Below are positions 39,291-49,700 of a DNA stretch of 64,000 nt, piece by piece. A program made the translations under genes and the position numbers. The notes beneath the pieces are model-generated. The model saw nothing but the letters and a program-made list of their open reading frames with translations. It did no database searches and was not told where the DNA came from. How positions within the stretch are numbered: the stretch's first letter is position 1; each line of letters starts with the position of its first letter. The stretch lies in IMG/VR virus record IMGVR_UViG_3300027747_004779, positions 1 through 64,000 of that record; one strand, 5' to 3'. The stretch comes from a virus.

Positions 39291-39944
39291 TTAGTTTTTT
39301 ATAAAAATATCGTCTACGTCTAAAGATTTAATATGTGTAAAGCCTTTCTCTACTAAAAAATTCCTTATTTTTTCATCTTTATAGTTATTTTCTAAAGAAA
39401 TAGCAAATATATTGACTTTATTAAAATCGATAGTTTTTAAGACCTTTAATTCATTACCTTCTGTATCTAATGACAAGAAATCTATAGAGCTAATATTATG
39501 CTTATCTAAAAGCGTTTGAAGCGTTACAGTCTTAACTTTTATGATTTCTTTACTACCACCATAATGATGTATTTCGCCGTCTATTCTCCCTACATGCTTA
39601 GGTTCATATTCTTTAACTAGCCCGCTTAGCATCTCAGCGTAGCCATGCACTAATAAAAAATCATCTTCACCTTCATTATCTGATATTGCATAATTTTCAC
39701 ATATACATTTTCTATTAGCTTTTAACTGATCAAATATATTAGGTATTGGTTCAACGCAAAGACCTGTCCAACCAATCGATTCAAAATACTTACTATTTGA
39801 ATATGTAATGCCGTCGTGGGCCCCCACATCTACAAACACACCAGCTTGCTTGTTTTTAAAATATGTGTCGTTTAAATACCTATCTTGACCTAATTGGCTA
39901 CAATAATCCACAACAGTATTTATTAATAGTTGATTTCTGGCCAC
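39291..39944 (-). CDS. FkbM-family methyltransferase
   Basis: SQLGQD, FVDVGAHDG..SNS, GWTGLCVEP, IDFLSLDTEGNE; the start may be ~11 codons downstream. Confidence 0.9.
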   Translation of the reverse strand: MARNQLLINTVVDYCSQLGQDRYLNDTYFKNKQAGVFVDVGAHDGITYSNSKYFESIGWTGLCVEPIPNIFDQLKANRKCICENYAISDNEGEDDFLLVHGYAEMLSGLVKEYEPKHVGRIDGEIHHYGGSKEIIKVKTVTLQTLLDKHNISSIDFLSLDTEGNELKVLKTIDFNKVNIFAISLENNYKDEKIRNFLVEKGFTHIKSLDVDDIFIKN

Positions 39945-40465
39945 TGAACTGATGTATATTTTTTAACTTCTTTAAGCAGTTGTTCGGTAGTCTCGAGACT
40001 CTCCTCTGCAAGAGCGCGCCAATGCCATTCGATATTTAATTCTGTTATAATAGACATATTATCATCTTGTATAAGTTTTCTAAGAACGCTATATTCTGCA
40101 CCTTCTATATCCATCTTAACAAAAACACGATCTCTACCTCTAAATTGCGAAATAAATTTAGAAAAGTCAATAGTTTCTATGGTTTGCTGAATAGAATAAG
40201 GTTGCTTAGAACTAAGAGATTCGAGAGTTGATCCTTCACCGATACCCTCACAGTTAAAAACACTTTCACCATCAGCTATCCAGACAGCTTTATTAAACGC
40301 GGTGATTTTCCACGGATGTTGACTTATTCTCTCTTGAATTTTACAGAGCGGGTTAGCTTCAAATGCATATGTTTCCCAATCGCCATGTTGACATCCACAC
40401 CACTCACCAATTGCAGCCATTTTTTCGCCAAAATGATAGCCGCAATCGATAAAGACTTTATTCAC
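39923..40465 (-). CDS. FkbM-family methyltransferase
   Basis: FIDCGYHFGE, YAFEANP, VKMDIEGAEY, IEWH. Confidence 0.9.
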   Translation of the reverse strand: MNKVFIDCGYHFGEKMAAIGEWCGCQHGDWETYAFEANPLCKIQERISQHPWKITAFNKAVWIADGESVFNCEGIGEGSTLESLSSKQPYSIQQTIETIDFSKFISQFRGRDRVFVKMDIEGAEYSVLRKLIQDDNMSIITELNIEWHWRALAEESLETTEQLLKEVKKYTSVQWPEINY

Positions 40466-40468
40466 TAG

Positions 40469-41740
40469 TTAACTTACAGTATTATGTAGCTGGCCTGTAA
40501 TAGGTTCACACCATCCTTTACTAACACTATGCGGCCAAACAATCCAGCTAGAAGGCAATACATCTGTGTTAAATTCTCTCCAAACTTTGCAATAGTTGTC
40601 TGGGTCTTTTAACATTCTGTCTATCTCTGCTTTATCTGCATCTTTTCTATAAAGATCTTTTCCGGCTTTATCTTTAAAAGCAACACACCAAAAATCATAG
40701 TCTTTTTCAGGAACTTGTTGATACCCTACATCAATACAATGCTTAAAAATACTAAGAAACGATTTTTCATACTCTTCTTTAGTTAAATTATTGTTAGGAT
40801 TTGGTGGGTAATTACGTTCAAGTGTATGTTTTTGTATAGCGCGCTTCTTAAACGAAAGACCAGAATATCTTTCATAGTCTTCTAATGTACGGATTTTACC
40901 GAAATCATATTTTCCAAAATCGATATCTTTCTTTAATCCGTCCATTTGAAAGAGCTTTCTGTTTCTTAAGTGAGACTCCTCATTCCATTTACCCCAGCTC
41001 TTACTGTCATCCCAGTGTTTGGTCCTACCTTTTCTGGTATATTCGTGCCAAGCAATCACCATATGAGGGTGGAAGAGATCATAGCCCCAAGTGTATGATC
41101 TAACAGCAAGATTAATCTCCTCGCCATGAAAATAATAATATGGATCATATGGTACTTCTTTAACCCATTTTCCGAGAGTAAAAATAAAATGAGCTGATAC
41201 AAAGCGTGAAGGTACAGGCTCGGTTCGTTCTTTAAAGTCATCTATTGAAGCCGGTAAGAAAAATACAGCACCTTCAGGGATAAATCTATCAAAATCCATC
41301 TTCCATGGGATATGAATTCTTGCTTGTGGGTCATTATCTGGATCGAAGCTCGAAATATAGCCGGTCAAAAGGGGCTTTTTATGACCTTTCTTTTGAAGCT
41401 GCTTAACCATATCTATACACTTTACATCCCAGTCCTTAACAAAGCGGTGGTGGCTATCTAATTGTAGGTAATACTTCTCACCATTGTAATTTTTCTGTAT
41501 CTCACTGCGGGCCCAGCAAGTGCCGCGACTATCTTGATAAGGAATGTCAATAACTTTAACTCGTGGATCTTTAGCAAACTCTTCTAACGACTCTGTATCA
41601 TCACGCTGCCAACAAATACTAAATACTAAATTTTCTGGATTCTTAGCATTAGCAATACAATCTTTTAAGGTTGGAACTAGTTGCGGATCTCTATAAGAGG
41701 CAATGGAAATAAATATTTTGTCAGCTTTAGATTTACTCAT
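40469..41740 (-). CDS. GT60-like polypeptide alpha-GlcNAc transferase
   Basis: IFISIASYRDP, SRGTCWAR, YYLQLDSHHRF..DWD, PYDP..YFHGEE, RTLEDYE. Confidence 0.85.
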   Translation of the reverse strand: MSKSKADKIFISIASYRDPQLVPTLKDCIANAKNPENLVFSICWQRDDTESLEEFAKDPRVKVIDIPYQDSRGTCWARSEIQKNYNGEKYYLQLDSHHRFVKDWDVKCIDMVKQLQKKGHKKPLLTGYISSFDPDNDPQARIHIPWKMDFDRFIPEGAVFFLPASIDDFKERTEPVPSRFVSAHFIFTLGKWVKEVPYDPYYYFHGEEINLAVRSYTWGYDLFHPHMVIAWHEYTRKGRTKHWDDSKSWGKWNEESHLRNRKLFQMDGLKKDIDFGKYDFGKIRTLEDYERYSGLSFKKRAIQKHTLERNYPPNPNNNLTKEEYEKSFLSIFKHCIDVGYQQVPEKDYDFWCVAFKDKAGKDLYRKDADKAEIDRMLKDPDNYCKVWREFNTDVLPSSWIVWPHSVSKGWCEPITGQLHNTVS

Positions 41741-41782
41741 TTAGTTATTTTATACGATAACATTAATAAATCAATAACAAGC

Positions 41783-43492
41783 TTAAGGTTTCGAACGCGA
41801 AGGTGTATTCGTCGGTGTGCGGGTAAGTGTTGGCGTAGGTGTTCGCGTCGGTGTCTGCGTTCTTGTGGGTGTTTGTGTTGGGGTATGTGTTCTAGTAGGT
41901 GTCTGCGTAGGTGTTAATGTCTGCGTTATAGTAGATGTTGGAGTTGGTGTACGGAAAGGCGTAAATGAAGGTGTCTGAGTCGGTGTATTAGATGGCGTCA
42001 CTGTTGGTGTTTGTGTATTGGTTGGCGTCCCAGTAGGTGTTTGTGTTTGTGTTCTAGTAGGCGTCTGTGTGGGCGTTGATGTACGCGTTGGTGTATTAGT
42101 TGGTGTTCTTGTAGGTGTCTGTGTTCTCGTAGGTGTCTGTGTTCTCGTAGGTGTCTGTGTATTGGTTGGCGTGACAGAAGGTGTTCTCGTTGGTGTTTGT
42201 GTCTTTGACGGGGTAACAGAAGGTGTTATCGTATTAGTAGGTGTCTTAGTTGGCGTTCGTGTTTGTGTTGGTGTATTTGTAGGTGTAACGGAAGGAGTTT
42301 GTGTATTTGACGGTGTTACAGATGGTGTTTGTGTATGTGATGGTGTCACAGACGGTGTTATCGTGTTAGTAGGTGTCTTAGTTGGCGTTCGTGTTTGTGT
42401 TGGTGTATTTGTAGGTGTCTCAGAAGGTGTTGGCGTATTGGTAGGTGTCTCAGAAGGCGTTTGTGTCTGTGACGGGCTAACAGAAGGTGTTGGTGTAATA
42501 GTGGGTGTCTCAGAAGGCGTTTGTGTCTGTGACGGGCTAACAGAAGGTGTTGGTGTATTGGTAGGTGTCTCAGAAGGTGTTGGTGTTTGTGTAAGTGTTG
42601 ATGTATATGTCAATGTAACAGACGGTGTTTGAGTTGGTGTTTGTGTTTGAGTTGGTGTTTGTGTTGGTGTCGGTGTTTGTGTTGGCGTCTGTGTAGGTGT
42701 ACTAGTATGTGATGGTGTTACAGAAGGTGTTTGTGTATGCGATGGTGTCACAGACGGTGTTTGTGTTTGCGTCGGTGTTTGCGTCGGTGTTTGTGTTGGG
42801 GTGACAAAAAAGCCATTTTCATTAATATTTCTAACTGCGAATACTGTATTTTTATCGCTATTACTAAACCCTATGCATGGATATACTGTAGGTGGCATTT
42901 CAGCGGGCATGTTGATATCAAATATGTTATAAAATTTGTTATTAATCTTATGATCGAGAATAATATTTTTTCCGAAATTGGACACTGTTAATCTAAACAC
43001 TCGATATGCAGGTATTGCAGGTGACTGACGGTAAAGATAAAACGGTTCATCGAACTTTGAGCTTGCTAGATTTTCAGTACGATGAATTAATGAATATCCA
43101 GATTCGTAGTTGCCTCTTACGCTAACTGTATTAGAAGCCGGTTCTGCATAACCATCTAGCGGCCAGAAATTAGATCCGAAATTTCCTGTAATATCAAAGC
43201 CAACAACAAGGCTTGCGTTTACAACTCCAGGAAAATAAACAAACCCCGCTTCGCCAGATACTCCAACAATTTCCGTTGCGCCTAATGCTGGACCTGGTCC
43301 ACCGGTTCTACCTGTTGATTGAAGGTTTCTACAGTCAACAAAAAATAGTGAAAAGCCTTCAGCCCCGCTTAATGTATCGCCATAGCAAGCGTACTCTAAT
43401 GATACTATAAAATCTTTGGAAGTATCAATGGTCTTGTAATCATATACAACAGATGTACGATCTTGTGGGCTAAATGAATAAAATAATGCCAT
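41783..43492 (-). CDS. L-type (ConA-like) lectin domain plus mucin-like C-terminal tail
   Basis: GAEGFSLFFVD..GG.G..LG..LVVGFDITGNF; ~335 aa of TP[ST]x repeats. Confidence 0.75.
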   Translation of the reverse strand: MALFYSFSPQDRTSVVYDYKTIDTSKDFIVSLEYACYGDTLSGAEGFSLFFVDCRNLQSTGRTGGPGPALGATEIVGVSGEAGFVYFPGVVNASLVVGFDITGNFGSNFWPLDGYAEPASNTVSVRGNYESGYSLIHRTENLASSKFDEPFYLYRQSPAIPAYRVFRLTVSNFGKNIILDHKINNKFYNIFDINMPAEMPPTVYPCIGFSNSDKNTVFAVRNINENGFFVTPTQTPTQTPTQTQTPSVTPSHTQTPSVTPSHTSTPTQTPTQTPTPTQTPTQTQTPTQTPSVTLTYTSTLTQTPTPSETPTNTPTPSVSPSQTQTPSETPTITPTPSVSPSQTQTPSETPTNTPTPSETPTNTPTQTRTPTKTPTNTITPSVTPSHTQTPSVTPSNTQTPSVTPTNTPTQTRTPTKTPTNTITPSVTPSKTQTPTRTPSVTPTNTQTPTRTQTPTRTQTPTRTPTNTPTRTSTPTQTPTRTQTQTPTGTPTNTQTPTVTPSNTPTQTPSFTPFRTPTPTSTITQTLTPTQTPTRTHTPTQTPTRTQTPTRTPTPTLTRTPTNTPSRSKP

Positions 43493-43494
43493 AT

Positions 43495-46400
43495 TTAAAC
43501 TCCAAAAATAAATGCGTCTCCTATTACACTCCCTGCAGCAGATCCTATAATTGTATATGTTGAATATCCGGAAAACGGTGGTGCATATGAGAAGTTTATA
43601 CTATTAACATCTGTAGTCAACTTAAACATATTATTGCTTATGTTTGTAATAACACCGTTTACATACTTAAAGAATGTCTTATAAATATAAAATAAATTAG
43701 AAAGATCTTTGCCAAGATATGAAATACAATATGTTTCTGTTTCATCGTCAAACGTAACTATTGGCTTTTCAATACTTACAATATTGAGATTAATATCTTT
43801 CCCTAATAGTGAATAATCTTTAATGTCTTCAAAAGTTAGATCTTCTTTATTTTTTTCGGGGTAAAGCTTTGTATAAGTCAATTTATCCATGTTAACGGTA
43901 TAAATTTCAGGATATATTGCTTTATAATTAGTCGAACTTAATTCATAGTATAAGACAGTTCGGCAGAAGAAGAGATTATTATTCATCTCATCGAACCATA
44001 CTGTGGATGTCTTTTCGAACTCCTTTACATCACCTTTGCTAAAGAAGCAATCATTGCGTGTAGTAGTTTTAATTGTATTATTTTCATTATCAAAAATAAT
44101 TTTATCAAATATTAAGTAGTTTTCTGTTTCGAGCTGTATTGTGTCGTAATAAAGATCAAAGTCAATTAATTTTTCTCTTAATTCAGTTTGCATTTCTAGA
44201 CTATACTTGTCATATATGCGTGAAAGAGAGGAAGAAGCTGGAAGATAGAGTGATGAATTAGCATTTCTAAAATAAAGATCACCGTATTCAACAAATCTTG
44301 CATCGTAAATTGTTTTTCTCCTTGACAGACCGGAAAGCCCTTCGACTACTTGCGTCTTTCTATTTGGTACATGATAATTCATGAAATTACTTGGCTCATC
44401 ATATCTAACTACAAACGCTGTTACGTCGCCGCAAGGTGCGGCGCTATTTACCCAGAATAAATTACCGTTTAAAGGAACATAAGTTGATAATGCTACAGTC
44501 GATGTAAAAAGTCCCGGGTAAGCAAAATTAGCTCTAAAGTCGGGTAATATGCTTGTGGGGTTAGTAGCGCCGTCGATTAACTCACCGTAGTAAACATCAG
44601 CATTTGCAGGGTCAAAATCTGGATCGTCAGAAGATTGATCAGGCAACAACCCACTTCCTGGTGAAACAAACGTCACACCATCAAGAGTAGTGCAGAAATA
44701 TATTGTTTCTAGTGCCCCGGGGCAAAATGTTTCAGGCTGAAATCTATATGATGCTACTGGTGTTGCTTTACCTGAAAGCGTATAAGATGGCGCTCCGCTA
44801 TTATACTCTGTAAATGTTGGAGGATAATCTTCAGGAAAGGGTATAAACGACCCCGGAGGCGGGTTGCCATATGGGTTCCATGTATATCCGTTAAAAGCAG
44901 GAGTGTAATAACCAGAGCCTGGGGGTATAGCATTAGCAGTTCTAAAAGTTACGCCAGAATAGCCAAGATCTGCATCTTCTATAGAATAGTTAAAGTTATA
45001 ACCAGAAATAGGGTCATAAAAGGTATGGCCGTCAAGTGATAAACAGAAAAAGAATTTTAAGTTACCGTTATCTGTACGTTCATTTGCCGGTACTTTCGGC
45101 GGATGTATATCTTTATACATAGTATACTCATTACCATAGACGTCGTTTTTATATTGTACAGCGGTCTTATTAAGAGAATATAGCTTTTCAATTCTGCTAT
45201 CTAGAGGAAATACATTTTGTGGTAATAACGGAAACACATCATTATTAGCCCAGAGTGATTTTACATCACCTTTAAAGAACTCCTGCGGATCTGTATAGCG
45301 GGCTAACCCTGCTACTGATGCATCTAATGTTTGCTCTCTACTTTGATATCCTCGAAATGTTTGAAAATATGAATTTGTTTCTGAATCGCCAAACCTATAT
45401 TGATTTGAAAAATCAATTTTATTAAAATAATTAAGTTCATTATATATTAAAGGCGAATTAAACTCTTCTTTTGTTAGCCCAGATACATTACCATATTTTG
45501 ATGGATCAGGAAAAATATATACTGTATTAGCGCTAAGTGAACTCTCGTTTATAACGGCATTAAGACCGAAATTAGTAAAGTTTGAAAACCCTATCTTATC
45601 TGGCTTAAAGAAAAGACCAATCTCTTTAGCTGTTTGTATAAAATCTTGGCTTTGTACAGCTGCTACAGCGGGATATCTTTTATTAAGATAATTTGCAAAT
45701 TCGTTTTTTGCAGAAAACAGTGCACCGGATACATAGCTTGTTGCAGTAGCTCCTGTCGATACATAATAAAAATCTGTACCGATAAACTTTTCTATTAATA
45801 CAGCTTGATTGTTTAGGTTTAAATTATCAGACGTCTGAGTATTGATCGTATTAATAAAGTCACTATCTTTAAGAAAATTAAGCTGTGTGCTATCTACTTG
45901 AGGTGTAATTGTAAAACTATCACCAAACTCAATAAGATAAAAAGGATATGATGTAATCGCTTGTACAATGGCGGTATTAAAATCTAGAAAGAGATTAGGA
46001 TCAATACCGTATTGATTTAAGCTAAAATACTTATATGCAGGGTCAGATGGAGATAACCCGTATGAAGATGCGGGTAGGTTAGCACTAGTGTCTAGATAGT
46101 CATTAAAATTATCGTATAGATCTTCGATATCGATAACCATACTGTTACGAATATCTGAAAGAGAGAGATTCAAGGTGCGAATTAAGTCAGTAAGGTCTTC
46201 TGTTTCTAAGGATTTAGATATTTCGTTATAAATTAATTTACTAACCCCGAAGTTTGACCCTTTAAGATTATACCTTAAATCAGCAGTCCGTACATCATCA
46301 CGCAACGTACTATAGTATAAGCATATGTCTTTAATTTTTTGTGCGAAAAACGGAATTGCTACTGCAAGATCTCTATTGTTATTAAAATCAATATTTTTTA

Positions 46401-46701
46401 GCCAGCGTCTTTCGTCCGTTGTTGTGTGAGTTAGTACTATTTCTTTTATAAGTGAAACATACAACGAGCGTGTTACGTCTACTTGTTCAATAGATTGATA
46501 ATTTTTTGTTTCATACCAGTTATTCAGGTAAGACTGATATCTCTGTAAGAAATCATTAGCATTAGTAAATAAACTATTATTATACTTGACCCACTCCTGA
46601 AATGTTAAAGGTTCTGTCTTGTCTATTGGTGATGTAGAGGGGGTAAGAGATGTTATAGATACATCTAGGCGTTCATCGATAAATCTACTTGACTCAAACA
46701 T
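43495..46701 (-). CDS. large baseplate-region structural protein
   Basis: Long ORF in the baseplate operon. Confidence 0.65.
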   Translation of the reverse strand: MFESSRFIDERLDVSITSLTPSTSPIDKTEPLTFQEWVKYNNSLFTNANDFLQRYQSYLNNWYETKNYQSIEQVDVTRSLYVSLIKEIVLTHTTTDERRWLKNIDFNNNRDLAVAIPFFAQKIKDICLYYSTLRDDVRTADLRYNLKGSNFGVSKLIYNEISKSLETEDLTDLIRTLNLSLSDIRNSMVIDIEDLYDNFNDYLDTSANLPASSYGLSPSDPAYKYFSLNQYGIDPNLFLDFNTAIVQAITSYPFYLIEFGDSFTITPQVDSTQLNFLKDSDFINTINTQTSDNLNLNNQAVLIEKFIGTDFYYVSTGATATSYVSGALFSAKNEFANYLNKRYPAVAAVQSQDFIQTAKEIGLFFKPDKIGFSNFTNFGLNAVINESSLSANTVYIFPDPSKYGNVSGLTKEEFNSPLIYNELNYFNKIDFSNQYRFGDSETNSYFQTFRGYQSREQTLDASVAGLARYTDPQEFFKGDVKSLWANNDVFPLLPQNVFPLDSRIEKLYSLNKTAVQYKNDVYGNEYTMYKDIHPPKVPANERTDNGNLKFFFCLSLDGHTFYDPISGYNFNYSIEDADLGYSGVTFRTANAIPPGSGYYTPAFNGYTWNPYGNPPPGSFIPFPEDYPPTFTEYNSGAPSYTLSGKATPVASYRFQPETFCPGALETIYFCTTLDGVTFVSPGSGLLPDQSSDDPDFDPANADVYYGELIDGATNPTSILPDFRANFAYPGLFTSTVALSTYVPLNGNLFWVNSAAPCGDVTAFVVRYDEPSNFMNYHVPNRKTQVVEGLSGLSRRKTIYDARFVEYGDLYFRNANSSLYLPASSSLSRIYDKYSLEMQTELREKLIDFDLYYDTIQLETENYLIFDKIIFDNENNTIKTTTRNDCFFSKGDVKEFEKTSTVWFDEMNNNLFFCRTVLYYELSSTNYKAIYPEIYTVNMDKLTYTKLYPEKNKEDLTFEDIKDYSLLGKDINLNIVSIEKPIVTFDDETETYCISYLGKDLSNLFYIYKTFFKYVNGVITNISNNMFKLTTDVNSINFSYAPPFSGYSTYTIIGSAAGSVIGDAFIFGV

Positions 46702-46709
46702 TAAAATAT

Positions 46710-49700
46710 TTAATTATTATATACAATGTCGCTACCACTTAAGAACAATCTAAGCCCTTTTGTGAGCTCATAGCTTAGCAGACTTTGCATAATACCACTG
46801 TTTTTACTCCATTCTTGAAAAGAGCTATTCGTATAGCTAACAGTAGTCATAGGGTTATTCCAATCAATAATATTATTATAGTGAGATCCTTCATAAAACG
46901 GTGTATATTCATAAAATTTGTAATAATCTGATATCCTACTACCTACAAGTGTTCTTGGCGCAATAAGTCCCCAGCCCCAGTCGTATGTATAGTCTGATAA
47001 CTGTACTGTTTCACCATATTTTATACCGGGTATTTCGACAAAGTTTACTAATGTATAGTTTCCAGAGAAAATTTCATATGCTACAACCGGTACGCCAGAT
47101 GATATCGTGCTTGTGAGGGTTGAGTATTCAGTTCCGAGATTGAGCTGTAGGCTATTATCAACAGTATATGCATTTTTATAAAAGCTTTGTGCAAATTTGT
47201 TACGCTCACCCCAAAGATTTTTATGTTTAATAGATAGAATATTTACTAAACGTAAAAGCTGGGGTGGGAAAGGATAATTATACTGTTCAAATTGAATTGA
47301 AAGTTCTTTACAAAATGAAAGTAATTGATCTAGGTTTACTTTATCAATATCGTCGATATTACTTGTAAAATTAGCTATCTTTTCGTAGATTGTCTTTCCT
47401 AATTCATATGGTTGAGCGCTAGCGCCCCCGACTATTGTTCCTAAGAAATCATTAAAAAATATTTTCTTTTCTTCTAAACTTTCTGTAAAGATTAATGACT
47501 TATAAAACCCTTCTGCGTTAAAATCTTCATTAACTTTTGAGAGACCATATTGCCCGCTAACGGGGTAGATGTTAAATAAATTACTCTGACCGGTGAGAAG
47601 ACGAGTCGTAGTCTGCGGTACCATATGTTTATTGATCCATCTTCCTCCTAGCCAATCGCCGTATGCTTGAAAACTTTTTTCTTCAAACGTTGATAGCTCT
47701 TTTATTGAAATGGATGGGTATAACAGATCTAAGCTTTCATATCCATATCCATCCACAGCTGACACCGGGGGAGCATATGTATCAATGAAATACATTTTGT
47801 TGGTAAAGGTGTTTATTACCCATATGAAGTCTGATGAATCACATGCAATGCCACCTATACTACAGATATAATTCGTCCTGTTACCTGATCCTGCAATGTA
47901 ATTTGTCAAAGAGCCGTCAATGCCGCTGACGCGAGTTAATGTATCTCTATCCTGAACTACCCATGCGTTTTGTAAGCTATCAACTGTAATATCTCCTATA
48001 AACCTAAATCCTGAAAGTGGATAACCTGAAACAAGGGCACCTTCTGAAGTAAATTTATACAAATAATCGTTTTTACCTGTTAACGTTGTAGCGTGGGTAT
48101 CTTGTGCATAGTTAAATGCGGTAACCCATACGTACCTATTTCTATCTACTACTGCTTCTTGAGGGGCGATAAGTGAAGGAAACGGTATAACCGTAAGTAA
48201 AGTACCATAGGTATCATATTTTATTAAAAAGTTTGATATCGGGTGATTATATGTTACCCAAAGGTTATCTTCATAATCTGTATCTAATGACGATGGAAGT
48301 AAACTATTTTCACCTGCAAATCCGGACAAATAGGGAATATTGTAGTCAGAACTCAAATAATACGTATAATTAGTAAAATTTGGATAAGCGACTGCCTTTA
48401 CGTAACCTTGCGACGCGTCTATCTTAACACATGAAACAGAATCAAAAAGAGCGACCCAGACGTCACACTTACCGTCTAGTGAAAGGCTTCCAGGTGCAGC
48501 GCTAGAAAGAATAGGCGAGAGAAGATTTGTTGTTATTATTTGACCTCCGCTAAGAACAGGATAAGCTGACATAGGGAAAGATGATAACATCTTACCATTT
48601 ACATCAAACTTAAATAATGTATCTCGTGTACCGTCGGCAAACCATGTTTGATAATCATTACCAGGCCCGGCACCAGAAGGAGCGACTTGAATTGCATATA
48701 CGTTTCTGTTATTTTTTGCATCAAAAAACTTTTCATCAGCAGAAATTGTAAGAGAAAGATATCCGGAGCAGTAATCATAAATTTCCTGTCTAAAAAATCT
48801 TAGTAGTACATTATATTGCGGTACAGCAATCCACCCAAACAAGACATCTTTTGGATAATTAGCAGGATCATCAATTACCATCGATGCTGTTAAAATACAG
48901 TTAAGCGTCTCATTAGGTATAGTAAAATAACCTTTATAAAACGCACCTATTGATTGCGGTATATTGGTTTCAAAATCTTCATAATATATCACATCGGGAA
49001 CTTCTATGTTTCCGTTGTCTGTTTGCTGTATAATACCGAACTTTACATTAAACGCACTTAGAGAACTTAATTTAGGGTGGGTAGTTGAAGAAGAGAGTGG
49101 AGGGTATGTTTTAGTGGTAAAATTATCTTTGTCTTTCATCCTTATAACGAAAGGAATTTCTGTGTTTTGCCAGCTTATTTCGGGTAAATTAAACTTGGTT
49201 GATGAAAGAGTGCCTTCACCATCGATGCCTGTCGTCGAAATAGAAAGGTCAGTTGCAGGATTATGCCTAATTTTAATAATAGGCAATACAGCGGGTTTAA
49301 TATTTTGATATCCGTATGGTGGATACGGTAGATATTCGTACGAATTTTTATATTGTGTGTACTGGTCATTAAATTTTGCATTATCTAAAGTAGCAAATAT
49401 AAAAATAGGAGGTTCACGCGATGTAAAGTTTTTAACTCTATCATCAACATAATAAAAACTGCAAGAACCTGTTGTACCTACAAATACGCTACCCTCATCG
49501 TCTTTAGAGCAATATTGTAAATGATTATTAACTATGTTGGCATATATTTCAGTGTTGCTTGTTTTAATTTTTTCAACAAGAGCATATTCATACGTATCGC
49601 CGACGGGAATTTTTTCATAAAATCGACTTAATTTGCGAAGATGAGACCATTTATCATTATAAAAATTTTCAACATTTTGGTAATCGCCTATAGCTCCTGA

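Noticed and set aside
21108-42991. Plus-strand Gly/Val- and Cys/Arg-rich ORFs (for example 21300..21632, 30596..31627, 42018..42632)
   Set aside because: Antisense shadows of Thr/Pro repeat codons in the minus-strand genes
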